Source of the DNA: Escherichia phage phiC120
Reading direction: 5' to 3' (one strand)
Length of the DNA: 64,000 nt
Sequence record: KY703222
Part shown: in pieces, positions 1 through 9,714 of the stretch
Position numbering within the stretch: position 1 is the first letter of the stretch
Layout: each line of letters starts with the position of its first letter
The notes under the pieces: generated by a model
Told to the model about the DNA's origin: nothing
Seen by the model: the letters and a program-made list of their open reading frames with translations, nothing else
Database searches by the model: none
Made by a program: the position numbers and the translations under genes

Positions 1-365
1 AGTAACTCTGAAGTGTCTTCGACTAGTTTAGCCCATTTAGAGAATCGTCGGCCACGTGGAATTGCCGCCATCATATAGTTGAAGTGCGCTTCATCACTTA
101 ATTCAGAACCGACTAAGTTCATCATGTAAACGGCTGGCATACATTCTGGGAACTGGGATAATGAGTTCTCAACCATAAATTTTGAGTAGTCGACCTGAGC
201 AATTGACATAGATTTCTTTTCATTAATAGCATTAATGATTTTAAAGAATTCATTCTCAGGTTTTTCTTTAAACATGTCAGCACATTTTTGAATCGCAACA
301 GCGTCGTTAGACTTCCATGCAATTTGGTGCTCGTTAAGTTGGACGTCATCATCAAATAAGTTCAT
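1..365 (-). CDS. 62: Clamp loader small subunit gp62, 5' portion (3' end lies beyond window start)
   Basis: ATG at 365..363 directly downstream of gene 44; hand translation [19 protein letters not shown]...[34 protein letters not shown] matches T4 gp62; absent from ORF track because truncated. Confidence 0.8.
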   Translation of the reverse strand, partial: MNLFDDDVQLNEHQIAWKSNDAVAIQKCADMFKEKPENEFFKIINAINEKKSMSIAQVDYSKFMVENSLSQFPECMPAVYMMNLVGSELSDEAHFNYMMAAIPRGRRFSKWAKLVEDTSEL

Positions 366-366
366 A

Positions 367-1329
367 TTATTTCCAAGTCAGTTCGCAGGTCAGTTGAAGA
401 AGCATATACATAACATGTAATTCAATATTACTTGCTAATCCATGAAACTTATTATTTTCGCCTGCAATTTCATAAAGCGAAATAATACTTTTACCTGGTG
501 CAACTTTGTCATAACACTCAGAAACTAATTTATCGATGAACCATGAATAATCTGCGGCATATTTTGGAGCTAATGCACGAAGCTGTTTGATATCTTTATT
601 TTTCATTGCTTCTATGACATCATCTACCGTGCCACGATCATTGGTTACAATCGACAAAATACCTGCATCAAGAACACCTTTAGACGAGTACTGGTCTAAT
701 TGACCAATTGTACGACGAAAGTCTGGGAAGTTCTTTTTAACCAGAGCTGCAACAACTTTCATATCAGCGATTTCGATATTTTCGTTCTTACAGATTTCAA
801 CCATACGATGAATCATTTTCTTCATCATCGATATTTTATCTTCTTCGGTTGGACGTCCGAATTCGATAACTCGACAACGACTACGTAACGGTTCGATAAT
901 TCCATCGATGTTGTTGGCAGTAATAATAATAGAACAGTTACTAGAGAATTCTTCCATGAATGTACGAAGGTGACGTTGTGATTCAGCGAGGCCACTACGG
1001 TCAAATTCATCAATAACAATAACTTTAGGCTTGCCTTCCATTGAGACTGAACGAGCGAATGCAGTTAACGGACCACGCACAAAATCAATCTTACAATCAG
1101 AACCGTTGACGAACATCATTTCGGCATTGATATCATTACATAATGCTTTTGCTACGGTTGTTTTACCGGTACCAGGAGATGGAGAGTGTAAAATAATATG
1201 AGGAAGTTTTCCTTTAGATACTAAAGACTTGAATGTTTCATGGTCATACGCAGGCAGAATACATTCGTCAATGGAAGAAGGACGATATTTCTGTTCTAGA
1301 ATGTGTTCTTTGGAATTGATAGTAATCAT
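367..1329 (-). CDS. 44: Clamp loader large subunit gp44 (AAA+ ATPase)
   Basis: 320 aa; Walker [11 protein letters not shown], Walker B VIVIDEFD; N-terminus [18 protein letters not shown] as in T4 gp44. Confidence 0.93.
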   Translation of the reverse strand: MITINSKEHILEQKYRPSSIDECILPAYDHETFKSLVSKGKLPHIILHSPSPGTGKTTVAKALCNDINAEMMFVNGSDCKIDFVRGPLTAFARSVSMEGKPKVIVIDEFDRSGLAESQRHLRTFMEEFSSNCSIIITANNIDGIIEPLRSRCRVIEFGRPTEEDKISMMKKMIHRMVEICKNENIEIADMKVVAALVKKNFPDFRRTIGQLDQYSSKGVLDAGILSIVTNDRGTVDDVIEAMKNKDIKQLRALAPKYAADYSWFIDKLVSECYDKVAPGKSIISLYEIAGENNKFHGLASNIELHVMYMLLQLTCELTWK

Positions 1330-1404
1330 GTAATTTTCCTCATTATCATTAAACTGGAGGATTTCTCCTCCATAATCGTATCACATTAAACTTAAAGCTT
1401 TGAC

Positions 1405-2091
1405 TTAGAAGTCGTGAGTAGAATCGGCTTCCATTGCAATAACATAACTTACTTGAGAGCTTTCAAACTTAGCTGCAACTTTATCACCAGCTCCCCACAA
1501 CATTACTTTATAGTTACCTGGCTGGATTTTCATATTAGCCATATTGATTACGAAGTTAAAGTTGTTAGAACCATCATAATCGGTAAGAGTCAAAGAATAC
1601 TTAGGACGAGTTAGACCGGAATCTTCAACTTTATTATAGCCATTGATAACAATTTTACCATCTTTATTTGTAATAGCAATTGTATCAATCTGGAGACCAC
1701 GTGAAACTCGAAGCAATTGTTGAAGGTCTTCAGCTTTAATTTCAGTAATCACAGAAGCCACTGGGAATTGAATTGGCTTATTAGGAAAAACAATGGTGCT
1801 CTTGTCGGCAGCAGGCCAATAAACTGTGGAACGTGTATCTGCAATTTTAATATTGCCATCAGTGTGCATTGAAATTTCAGCATCATCAGACACTAGACTC
1901 AAAATGCTTAAGAAGCTATTCAAATCATAAAGTGCTACGTCAAAATCAATTTCATCAGAGATATTTGCTTCCGCATAAGTGGTGCCATTAACTGCACGAG
2001 TCATAATAAATTTACCTTGACTCAGCAGAATGCCTGAGTTAATAGAGGCAAAGTTTTTCAGAATAGCGATAGTATCTTTAGACAGTTTCAT
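1405..2091 (-). CDS. 45: Sliding clamp gp45
   Basis: ORF 1405..2106; start placed at internal Met (MKLSKDTIAILKNF...) giving 228 aa as in T4 gp45; C-terminus ...ALEADSTHDF. Confidence 0.92.
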   Translation of the reverse strand: MKLSKDTIAILKNFASINSGILLSQGKFIMTRAVNGTTYAEANISDEIDFDVALYDLNSFLSILSLVSDDAEISMHTDGNIKIADTRSTVYWPAADKSTIVFPNKPIQFPVASVITEIKAEDLQQLLRVSRGLQIDTIAITNKDGKIVINGYNKVEDSGLTRPKYSLTLTDYDGSNNFNFVINMANMKIQPGNYKVMLWGAGDKVAAKFESSQVSYVIAMEADSTHDF

Positions 2092-2133
2092 TTTATTTCC
2101 TTTCAAGACAATTCAAAGTTTATAACAAATTTA

Positions 2134-2550
2134 TTATGCAGCAACCATCTGCTTTTTAATAGCTTCAGGCAGTGATTCAATATATTCTGGAATTTTAGAA
2201 GCAACAATTTCGCCGGCTGCAATTAGCTGTTCGTCGGCATCAACACAGTAGAAATCTTCCAGACGCTCAGAACCATCTTTATCAAGAACGATTTTTCCAC
2301 CAGCTTCAATAGAATCTTTATAGTGCTTACGCATCAGATGAATCCACATATCAGATACATCGTTATCAATAAAACCATAAATCATAAAACGAGTTTCTTG
2401 TGGCAAAGATTGAAGCTTTTTAGCACTTGCGTCATCACAATGCAGGACCCATGCTTTACGAACACGATTATGGTTATGCGGGTTAGCGTCAGTACGGATA
2501 GAAGTAACTTTCAGATCAGCAGCAGTAAAACCTTTAGCAGTGGTAAACAT
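2134..2550 (-). CDS. rpbA: RNA polymerase-binding protein RpbA (positional assignment)
   Basis: 138-aa ORF immediately upstream of gene 45, the T4 rpbA position; sequence not independently recognised. Confidence 0.5.
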   Translation of the reverse strand: MFTTAKGFTAADLKVTSIRTDANPHNHNRVRKAWVLHCDDASAKKLQSLPQETRFMIYGFIDNDVSDMWIHLMRKHYKDSIEAGGKIVLDKDGSERLEDFYCVDADEQLIAAGEIVASKIPEYIESLPEAIKKQMVAA

Positions 2551-2562
2551 ATTATTTCTCTC

Positions 2563-2763
2563 TTATTCGTAGAAGTCGGTAACTGTCCATGCGGAATTGC
2601 GATTAGACATTATTTTATTATACTCATCTTTAAAAGCAGATTTGAGCATTTGTTCAGTAACAATATGTTCTTCACCTGAAAACGTATTGGTCAAAACATA
2701 TTTTTTAATTTCAGGGACAACGAGAAGATGTTGTCCGGTTGAATACTCCATGTTGTTCTCCAT
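2563..2763 (-). CDS. Hypothetical protein (T4 45.x position)
   Basis: 66-aa ORF in operon orientation between rpbA and gene 46. Confidence 0.4.
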   Translation of the reverse strand: MENNMEYSTGQHLLVVPEIKKYVLTNTFSGEEHIVTEQMLKSAFKDEYNKIMSNRNSAWTVTDFYE

Positions 2764-2805
2764 TTAATTTGATGTGGTCATTATAACCACATCATGTTAA
2801 AGCGT

Positions 2806-4494
2806 TTATGAAACAGTCATCACAGTAAATCGTCCAACTTTGCTCATTTGAAGATGTTGTCCATAACGTTGAGGGTCATGGTCTCGATGAGAGATAATGA
2901 ACACATTAGTATTTTGTAAACTTCCAAGAATGGTATCTATAGCCTTAACAGCTTCAGAATCAACTGCCCCATCAAAAACCTCATCAAGAATCAACGTGTT
3001 GATTTTAACACCAGAAACTTTTTCAGCAATATCTCGCCATGTAAACAACAATGCGATATCGATACGTGCCTTTTCACCTTGACTAAATGAAGCATAACTA
3101 AAATCTTCACGACCACGTGATTTTATAGATTCATTGAATTCTTCATCAATAGAAAACACGTAATCAGCTTCCATGATTTTAAGATAATGGTTAATCTGCT
3201 TGTTGAAGAGAGGCACATATTTTTTAATGATAGCACCTTTAATACCAGAATCTTTTAACATATCTGTGATAATACCACGATGGTATTTTTCAAGAACGAT
3301 ATCCGATTTTGTTTTAATGATTTTATCAAGTTCTTTTTGAAGCAAAGCTATCTCATCGGCATGGTCGATAAATTCCGCCGAGGCTTGTTCTATTGCAGCT
3401 TTAACTTTCTTAGCTTTATCAATAGTGGCAATCATTGCTTGTTTCTTGGTACGGATATCAGATGCAAGGTCCTGTTTAGTCTTAACATTAGCTCGATATT
3501 CGTCCACTAGGACACTCAGATTATCTCTGTGACAGGTAAGTTGTTCGAATGAGTGATTACATTCATGAAGCTTATCGGTAATCTTAGAGACAATAGGATC
3601 ACCCTGGTGCAACTGTGATGCACAAGTAGGACATGTACCGCCATCATGATACATCTTAATAACTTTGTTATATGAGTCAATTTTAGATTTAATCAATAAT
3701 GCTTCTTGTCCGATCTTGTTGAATGCCTCAGTAGGGTCTTCGTCAAGAACGATATTAAGTAGTCGCTCATTAGCTTCTTCGATTTCTGCTTTTAATGACC
3801 GAGCTTCTTTGGCTAGGTCGTCATACATATTCTGTAGACGTGCTACATTATCGCCAGATAATTTCTTTTGGCGTTCGATATTCTCGTTATAAATCTTAAT
3901 TTGTTGGATAATACCATCTTTCTTGGCATCGAGAACTTGACCCTGGGAATTAAGTTCTCGAACTTGAGACTTATTGATTTTATCCATTTCAGCGAGTGTT
4001 CCAACTTCTAATAAGTCTTCAACAAGCTTTCTGCGAGCAGGGGTGCTAAGAGCCATGAAAGGGGTATACCCTGCCGTCCCAAGCACAACGATCTGTTTAA
4101 AAGACGCGTATGACATTCCGATGCTACGTTCAAATTCTTCTTGGAAGTCACGACTGCTGGCAGATTCATCAAGACGAACACCGTCAACGGAGATTTCGAA
4201 AATATTGGGCTTTTGGCCTCGTTTAATGAAGTATTTTTTATCATCGAATTCCATCCAAAGCTCAACTAAGAGCTCTTTCTTGTTCGTGCTATTAATGATT
4301 TGTCCTTTCTTAACATCACGAAATGGTTTACCGAAAAGTCCGAAAGTAATGGCTTCTAACATCGTAGATTTACCACCACCATTTTTACCAGTGATTAATG
4401 TCTTTTGGACTTTATCTAATTGGATATCAATAGGATTCCCACCTACCGACATGATGTTTTGATAACGAACACGATTTAATTTAAATGATTTCAT
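2806..4494 (-). CDS. 46: Recombination endonuclease subunit gp46 (Rad50/SbcC-like ATPase)
   Basis: 562 aa; N-terminal Walker A GKNGGGKST, long coiled-coil middle, C-terminal signature/Walker B LILDEVFDGAVD. Confidence 0.92.
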   Translation of the reverse strand: MKSFKLNRVRYQNIMSVGGNPIDIQLDKVQKTLITGKNGGGKSTMLEAITFGLFGKPFRDVKKGQIINSTNKKELLVELWMEFDDKKYFIKRGQKPNIFEISVDGVRLDESASSRDFQEEFERSIGMSYASFKQIVVLGTAGYTPFMALSTPARRKLVEDLLEVGTLAEMDKINKSQVRELNSQGQVLDAKKDGIIQQIKIYNENIERQKKLSGDNVARLQNMYDDLAKEARSLKAEIEEANERLLNIVLDEDPTEAFNKIGQEALLIKSKIDSYNKVIKMYHDGGTCPTCASQLHQGDPIVSKITDKLHECNHSFEQLTCHRDNLSVLVDEYRANVKTKQDLASDIRTKKQAMIATIDKAKKVKAAIEQASAEFIDHADEIALLQKELDKIIKTKSDIVLEKYHRGIITDMLKDSGIKGAIIKKYVPLFNKQINHYLKIMEADYVFSIDEEFNESIKSRGREDFSYASFSQGEKARIDIALLFTWRDIAEKVSGVKINTLILDEVFDGAVDSEAVKAIDTILGSLQNTNVFIISHRDHDPQRYGQHLQMSKVGRFTVMTVS

Positions 4495-4745
4495 ATGTAT
4501 TCTCTTCGAATGAAGTCCTCTACATATTTTAACATGTCATCCCTATCAGCAAAATATTCATCTAGTTCTGCATACATAACAACACCTGGGGCGTACTCAC
4601 AGGTAACATACATTGTTCCAAAGAAACGAGGAGTTGATTCCTCGTAATTCTCAGTCCATTCAACGATACCAATATAACCGTCACCAATACTAAATTCGTG
4701 ACGATGGATTTCATAGTCAGTCTTCGTCATTATACGCATCCTCAA
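4491..4745 (-). CDS. Hypothetical protein (46.1 position)
   Basis: 84-aa ORF overlapping gene 46 start by 4 nt. Confidence 0.5.
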   Translation of the reverse strand: MRMRIMTKTDYEIHRHEFSIGDGYIGIVEWTENYEESTPRFFGTMYVTCEYAPGVVMYAELDEYFADRDDMLKYVEDFIRREYI

Positions 4746-4974
4746 TACACGCTTCAGCCATTTTAAGAATAGAGCCAGGAGTATCGTTGTCCATTATATT
4801 AAAGCTAAATTCAATAGCCCAGTCGGTGCAGACATGAACTGCTTTAACTTCATTGCCTTCAACGCGTAATGGCTCAATCCAATACTTGATAGTGTTCTCG
4901 AATCCATCATCATCTTTAACGTCTATTTCAACTTCAAGCCCGAGCCCAGCATTGTTAAATTCATCTAAAGTCAT
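4717..4974 (-). CDS. Hypothetical acidic protein (46.2 position)
   Basis: 85-aa ORF between 46.1 and 47, overlapping both neighbours. Confidence 0.45.
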   Translation of the reverse strand: MTLDEFNNAGLGLEVEIDVKDDDGFENTIKYWIEPLRVEGNEVKAVHVCTDWAIEFSFNIMDNDTPGSILKMAEACIEDAYNDED

Positions 4975-5990
4975 TGTGTTGCCTCAATATAAAGTTCGTT
5001 AGAATATTTGACCAGCGCTTCTCTGTCTTCGTCTGAGATATCTGGAATCGCGTCAATATATTCTTTAATGATATCTTGAAGTGATTTAATCTCGATTTCC
5101 TGGTCGTCATCAGATTCAACACTGTTATCAACTTTAGAAACCATACGAAGAGAGTGAACTACTTTTTCAAGTTCAGATTCAAACTTAGTCAATTCTGAAT
5201 CAATTTCTGATACTATAACACGTACGGCTAGATTAGTATAATCAGAATAATTGATTTTGCCTTTAAATGGATAAGTGATTCGTCGATGCCATGTTGTTTC
5301 ATTAGGAATAAATTCCATACGTTCAACATCAGTGTCAAATACCCAGAATCCACGTGGGTCGTTCTCGTCACCTGCAGTAAGGGTCCATGGTGTCCCAATA
5401 TATTTGACGTTAGCAGCTTCAGAGATTGTGTGGAAGTGGCCAGACCAGACTTGTTTATATGTCTTTAAGAAATCGGGTTCAAGCCCATGAGACTTCATTC
5501 CTTTATAGAAATAAAAGCCGTTCAGTTCCCAGTGACCAACACAATACGCAGCAGAAGAAGTCTTGATGTGCTCTAAGATTTCACCTGTATTTTCTTCACA
5601 CATCCATGGAACGATATCAATCAGACATCCGTCAAAATCTACAGTAGTTGGATGTTCGTAAATAGTAAAGTTTTCAAATTGAGTTAACAATTCAGAAACA
5701 GTGTTAGGTGTTATTGTATTCTTAAACGCCATGTCATGGTTTCCTATCGTGACATGAACGTGAATGCCTGCTTTAGAAATCATATCAACGATTTCACGAT
5801 TGAATTCCATTGTACGATGTGTAATTGCTTTACGGACGTCGAACCAATCGCCGTACTGAATCCAAGTTTTAATCCCGTGTTTCTTAGAGTATTCAATTGC
5901 TTGACGAATACCATCACGTTGAATATCTTGGACCCATGGGTCATCTTGTTTGACTCCGATATGGAAGTCGCCTAAGTGCAAAATTTTCAT
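4971..5990 (-). CDS. 47: Recombination endonuclease subunit gp47 (Mre11/SbcD-like phosphoesterase)
   Basis: 339 aa; calcineurin-like motifs MKILHLGDFHIG, GDWFD, GNHD, GHFH. Confidence 0.92.
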   Translation of the reverse strand: MKILHLGDFHIGVKQDDPWVQDIQRDGIRQAIEYSKKHGIKTWIQYGDWFDVRKAITHRTMEFNREIVDMISKAGIHVHVTIGNHDMAFKNTITPNTVSELLTQFENFTIYEHPTTVDFDGCLIDIVPWMCEENTGEILEHIKTSSAAYCVGHWELNGFYFYKGMKSHGLEPDFLKTYKQVWSGHFHTISEAANVKYIGTPWTLTAGDENDPRGFWVFDTDVERMEFIPNETTWHRRITYPFKGKINYSDYTNLAVRVIVSEIDSELTKFESELEKVVHSLRMVSKVDNSVESDDDQEIEIKSLQDIIKEYIDAIPDISDEDREALVKYSNELYIEATQ

Positions 5991-6034
5991 ATTATTTCCT
6001 CATTAGTTAATTCATTCTATCATCCGTTTATAAA

Positions 6035-6060
6035 GCAAAAAAGGAACTCCGAAGAGTTCC
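6035..6060 (-). terminator. Intrinsic terminator (UUCG-loop hairpin plus U-tract)
   Basis: Minus strand GGAACUC-UUCG-GAGUUCC followed by UUUUUU, between the small ORF and gene 47. Confidence 0.7.
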
Positions 6061-6233
6061 TATCCACATAGTACACCGTACAGAGGCTCATTTGAACTTT
6101 TAAATCGAATGGGCTTGTACGTAATAGTTCCTTCGGCTTTAGCTTTATCATAAGACTCTTTAAAACGTCTCATTCTTTCTGCTTTGCCTTTACGGATTTT
6201 ATCGAAATTTTCAGAAGTCGGGATGTTCGTCAT
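6060..6233 (-). CDS. Small hypothetical protein (57 aa)
   Basis: Hand-translated ORF MTNIPTSENFDKIRKGKAERMRRFKESYDKAKAEGTITYKPIRFKSSNEPLYGVLCG ending at the terminator hairpin; below the ORF track size cutoff. Confidence 0.3.
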   Translation of the reverse strand: MTNIPTSENFDKIRKGKAERMRRFKESYDKAKAEGTITYKPIRFKSSNEPLYGVLCG

Positions 6234-6272
6234 GCATAAGCACCTCTCAGAAAATGCCTAAATCGATTTCTC

Positions 6273-6494
6273 TCATCGTTTCCACCATTTCTTAACTTGA
6301 AATGAATCAACCCACACGAGTTGTTTTGGGTCTGCCTTTACAATAGGCGGACAAATTTCTGTAATAGAACCGTCGTGATATTCCTTTTCAGAAATTTTAA
6401 CACAAAGAGGACCTCCCAATTTAAGGGTGAACCCTGCGTTCAGATTCAGACGTTTAAACTTTGTTTGAACTAGCGCCATTAATAATGTCCTCAA
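6273..6494 (-). CDS. Hypothetical protein
   Basis: 73-aa ORF in the 47-55 interval where T4 carries a-gt. Confidence 0.4.
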   Translation of the reverse strand: MRTLLMALVQTKFKRLNLNAGFTLKLGGPLCVKISEKEYHDGSITEICPPIVKADPKQLVWVDSFQVKKWWKR

Positions 6495-6777
6495 TAGCCT
6501 GACGAGTAGTAACCCATTGGATTTTAATTAACTTGTCATTATATGGTTGTCGTAGAATATCCCGAGATTTCTTAATAGCATATTCGTAAGCTTCGAAGTT
6601 GTTTTGAATTGCTGCTTCTTGAGCGTGAGCATAAAGACGGTTTAGTTCAAAACGATTCTTTTTAAGAATCTTTTCGGATTTTTTACGTGCTTCAGCTTCA
6701 TTTTTCTTTTGTATTTCTTGTAGCATTTTAGCTACTACATCTTCTGCTTCTTTATTTTCAATAATCTCGGTAGTCAT
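6454..6777 (-). CDS. Hypothetical protein
   Basis: 107-aa charged, helical ORF. Confidence 0.5.
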   Translation of the reverse strand: MTTEIIENKEAEDVVAKMLQEIQKKNEAEARKKSEKILKKNRFELNRLYAHAQEAAIQNNFEAYEYAIKKSRDILRQPYNDKLIKIQWVTTRQAIEDIINGASSNKV

Positions 6778-6778
6778 A

Positions 6779-6994
6779 TTATCTCATTAAATTAAAATAA
6801 AAACGTCCGTCCTCTTCAATACAGAACTCGTACTCAACTGGAGTCCCATTTATCGAAAATGACACGTCATGTGGGTTCAAAGGGTCGATGTCAAAATTAA
6901 TTTTAAATTCTCGACCCAACAGTTTTACTAAATAAGGGATTGCTTCGTCAAAAGGTTCTTCTAAGTAGTTAGAGATGTCAATTGTCATCCTCAT
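6779..6994 (-). CDS. Hypothetical protein (start uncertain)
   Basis: ORF 6779..7072 overlaps the gene 55 3' end; internal Met chosen as start. Confidence 0.4.
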   Translation of the reverse strand: MRMTIDISNYLEEPFDEAIPYLVKLLGREFKINFDIDPLNPHDVSFSINGTPVEYEFCIEEDGRFYFNLMR

Positions 6995-7553
6995 ATAAAA
7001 AATCCAAACTAGGCGAATCGCTAACAACTTCCTTCTTTTCAGCCCCAGGAGCTTTATAAGCGGATTCTTCATAATGCGTCATTTTATCGTAGATGTCTTG
7101 AATAAACGTTTCATCTACCAACGCTACCATATCATCGTCATGACTGTCGTAGACATTATGAACGAAGTAACTATATTTCTTTGCAACTTCCTTACGTTCT
7201 TTTTTGATACGTTGGACAAAAGCATTAAAACAAGCTCGAGTTATGTATGCATGTGGGTTATTGTACTTAGTTTCGTCGAAATTATGAAGTCCCTTAATCG
7301 AGGCTTCAATCCCATCTGCAATCATCTCCTGCTTCCAAGACTGGGTATATCCTGAAAAGTTGAAACGTTTGGACAGGCCTTCGGCGATAAGCATAATTGC
7401 TAAACCGATGGTATCATTCTGACGAATAATTTTGTTTGGGTCTTTATTATTTAAGAGCTCCTTTTTCCACTCGATTATAGCAGCGAGAAGCTCTTTATTA
7501 TTCACATAGTTATTTTTAGGTTTTTGTTCAGTCATAAGTACCTCTTGGCTCAA
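6978..7553 (-). CDS. 55: Late-transcription sigma factor gp55
   Basis: 191 aa; [19 protein letters not shown]...[38 protein letters not shown] matches T4 gp55. Confidence 0.9.
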   Translation of the reverse strand: MSQEVLMTEQKPKNNYVNNKELLAAIIEWKKELLNNKDPNKIIRQNDTIGLAIMLIAEGLSKRFNFSGYTQSWKQEMIADGIEASIKGLHNFDETKYNNPHAYITRACFNAFVQRIKKERKEVAKKYSYFVHNVYDSHDDDMVALVDETFIQDIYDKMTHYEESAYKAPGAEKKEVVSDSPSLDFLYEDDN

Positions 7554-7690
7554 TTCATAGGTCTATTATATCATAATATTTAGAGACCTATCTTAAAGCA
7601 CGAGATACTATCAAAGATACGTAACTTTCATAAAGTTGACGACTTAAAATTCACCAAACTTTTCTTCGGTTATAGCAATTCGAGATAGTT

Positions 7691-7918
7691 TCATTCTAAT
7701 TCCTTCGCTGCAAATAAGGCAGCATCCAACGAATCAAATTGGTCAACGAAATCAATATTCAACGCATCGTCAACCGTAGCATATAACCACCATTGTTTGA
7801 ATTCGTATTCTAGAATAAATCCAGGACCTTCAATCTGAGGAAGACCTAGGCTATTTGTACCAACTTCGTAACCAGCTAGACGCAGGTCATTAATCAAAGT
7901 TTCTGTTAATACGCTCAT
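7691..7918 (-). CDS. Hypothetical protein
   Basis: 75-aa ORF. Confidence 0.45.
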   Translation of the reverse strand: MSVLTETLINDLRLAGYEVGTNSLGLPQIEGPGFILEYEFKQWWLYATVDDALNIDFVDQFDSLDAALFAAKELE

Positions 7919-8247
7919 TTTGCCGCCTTAACAATTTTCAGGTCAATGAATTTTTTCTTACGTTGATTTTTCATACGACGGATAGTCTTTTCAGAGATTT
8001 CATGTTTCTGATAAGCTTTAGATTCAACACCAAATGCAGCAACGTCAAATTCAGAAAGAATATATTGTACTAGAATTTCACGAATAGAATTACGTCCAAT
8101 TTTCTGGTCGTGTTTTTGCATGATTTCATAAAGACGGAATTCCCACGCATCAAGAACTTGAGGAGTAACAATATTGCCGGATTCCAGAAGAGCAACAACT
8201 TTATCGAAAGCGAAAGAATTAACTACGTTTTTGATTTTAGTAGACAT
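7915..8247 (-). CDS. Hypothetical protein (start at internal Met with GAGGA SD)
   Basis: ORF 7915..8286; the first ATG sits inside a -10 TATAAT box, so the second Met (MSTKIKN...) is preferred. Confidence 0.45.
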   Translation of the reverse strand: MSTKIKNVVNSFAFDKVVALLESGNIVTPQVLDAWEFRLYEIMQKHDQKIGRNSIREILVQYILSEFDVAAFGVESKAYQKHEISEKTIRRMKNQRKKKFIDLKIVKAAK

Positions 8248-8284
8248 ATTATTTTCCTCGGTTATTTTATTATCCAACGAGAGC

Positions 8285-8313
8285 ATTATACTCTGCTCTC
8301 AAGAGTCTGTACA
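8285..8313 (-). promoter_or_regulatory. Early-type promoter (TGTACA-N17-TATAAT), copy 1 of a duplicated 55-bp cassette
   Basis: Near-identical 55-bp block at 8262..8316 and 38572..38625; palindrome GAGAGCA...GCTCTC flanks the -10. Confidence 0.5.
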
Positions 8314-8554
8314 CTATTTTTTAAGCATGAAAAGCAAGTAATTTGTATCACGTGGAGTAATATCAACACCCATATCAAAGATGCCTTTATAGATTGGGTA
8401 TTTGTTTTCGGTTGTATCGAAGCTGAAACTATTTCCATCACATCTAACAGTAATAGCATCTGTTAAAATGTCATACTCAATCCTAACAATTGAATCCCCA
8501 ATTTTAACGTCGAGGTGTTTTTTTGAATTTGATAAAATCTAATTCTTCGGCCAT
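8314..8554 (-). pseudogene. Small gene interrupted by a frameshift at an A7 run (intact product about 79 aa)
   Basis: ATG 8554 with GAGGA SD; frame stops after 16 codons and the ORF continues in a second frame after the T7/A7 run at 8518..8524; removing one A gives MAEELDFIKFKKHLDVKIGDSIVRIEYD...NYLLFMLKK. Confidence 0.4.
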
Positions 8555-8617
8555 GATATTTTCCTCATTTTAAGACGGCAGGAAGATAATAACATGTCTT
8601 CCTATCGTTGTACATTA

Positions 8618-8830
8618 TTAACCGAACTTTTTAGCGCCTTTCCAGCCTTCGTACATAACTGCACAAGTCAATAGTACAGCATGTTGGCATTCTTTGTATT
8701 TGTAAACCCAGAACCAGCGTAAGAAGTCTTCATCCTCAACGCCGTTGAGTTTCATATTGGCAAAGAATTCTGCACGTTCTTCACGAAGCTTTTGCGATAA
8801 CATAGATTCAGGATTCATTTTATATTCCAT
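8618..8830 (-). CDS. Hypothetical protein
   Basis: 70-aa ORF. Confidence 0.45.
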   Translation of the reverse strand: MEYKMNPESMLSQKLREERAEFFANMKLNGVEDEDFLRWFWVYKYKECQHAVLLTCAVMYEGWKGAKKFG

Positions 8831-8956
8831 GCCCCATTTTCATCGATGAACTTAATCCAGTCATTTACAGACCATTTAGTTGTATCACCCTTTGGATTAA
8901 CATTTAAAGTATATAATCCCTGCTTAAAAAGCATTCGTTTGATATTCATAATTTCC

Positions 8957-9277
8957 TCAACTGTAACGATAACATTCGTTAGCTTTACGTTTGGCTTCAG
9001 TATGAGAAGTATTATAATCATAATCTTCTTTACTGTAAACATCCTTTTTCAACTTACGAACTTCTTTGCGGAGTTGTCGATTCATTTCGTTCTTGACTTC
9101 AGAATCAACACCTTTCATACGTTTCCATTTATCTGAGCGGAAGATGTTTTCAACCATGTCTTTGTGGCTAACACCATCAGGAGCTTTACGCTTACCAAAA
9201 TAGTCGTAATCGCGAACTTTCAAATCTTTACGACGATATGTTTTACCCATAAGTACCTCAGAGGTTGATTGATACAA
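8957..9277 (-). CDS. Hypothetical basic protein
   Basis: 106-aa ORF rich in K/R. Confidence 0.45.
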   Translation of the reverse strand: MYQSTSEVLMGKTYRRKDLKVRDYDYFGKRKAPDGVSHKDMVENIFRSDKWKRMKGVDSEVKNEMNRQLRKEVRKLKKDVYSKEDYDYNTSHTEAKRKANECYRYS

Positions 9278-9506
9278 TGCGTTTGATAAAATTCACTTCA
9301 CTTACTGAAAGGTCTTTAAGACCGATTGATTCTAAACGCTGAGTAAGCGTCAACATCGGGATATAATCCCAATGAGTTTTATTTGCTTGATAAGTACGAA
9401 CGCCATTAGCAATTTCAACATGCAAATCGGAAATGGTAACGAATACCAGACGCTCGTCATTAACTTTAAGGGTTAGAACAACTTTCTTTGAATCTAAACT
9501 AATCAT
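9258..9506 (-). CDS. Hypothetical protein
   Basis: 82-aa ORF. Confidence 0.45.
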   Translation of the reverse strand: MISLDSKKVVLTLKVNDERLVFVTISDLHVEIANGVRTYQANKTHWDYIPMLTLTQRLESIGLKDLSVSEVNFIKRIVSINL

Positions 9507-9685
9507 GTCTTAATTTCCTTCGCAATTGAACAGAAGATACCACGGTCACAAAGCATTTCACCAATTTCTGGATATTTGATTGAACGGTACCAAACATCCA
9601 GGCTTGAAACTTTGGTTATCTGTACTGCATTACCGTTGACCGAATAGTACTGGTCAACCTTAATTTCTTTATCTTCAATTGTCAT
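9503..9685 (-). CDS. Hypothetical protein (start at internal Met)
   Basis: ORF 9503..9724; MTIEDKEIK start preceded by GAGGAA SD and an early-type promoter. Confidence 0.45.
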   Translation of the reverse strand: MTIEDKEIKVDQYYSVNGNAVQITKVSSLDVWYRSIKYPEIGEMLCDRGIFCSIAKEIKT

Positions 9686-9714
9686 TTTATTTTCCTCTAT
9701 AGTAGATGGTGTTA

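Noticed and set aside
122-355. 77-aa minus-strand ORF from the track
   Set aside because: It lies in a different frame inside the gene 62 coding region; the gp62-matching frame starts at 365, so this is an overlapping-frame artefact.
700-1019. Plus- and minus-strand ORFs inside gene 44 (700..888 and 825..1019)
   Set aside because: Embedded in or antisense to a well-supported gene, low-complexity translations, no ribosome binding sites.
2323-2679. Plus-strand 118-aa ORF
   Set aside because: Antisense to rpbA and the neighbouring gene within a uniformly minus-strand operon; composition typical of antisense frames.
3974-4462. Plus-strand 162-aa ORF and other ORFs inside gene 46
   Set aside because: Antisense to gene 46, Ser/Leu-rich translation typical of the reverse frame of an AT-rich gene.
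8262-8286. Leader peptide MLSLDNK encoded in the duplicated cassette
   Set aside because: Its ATG lies inside the -10 TATAAT hexamer, so transcripts from this promoter would start downstream of it; more likely part of the promoter than a translated leader.
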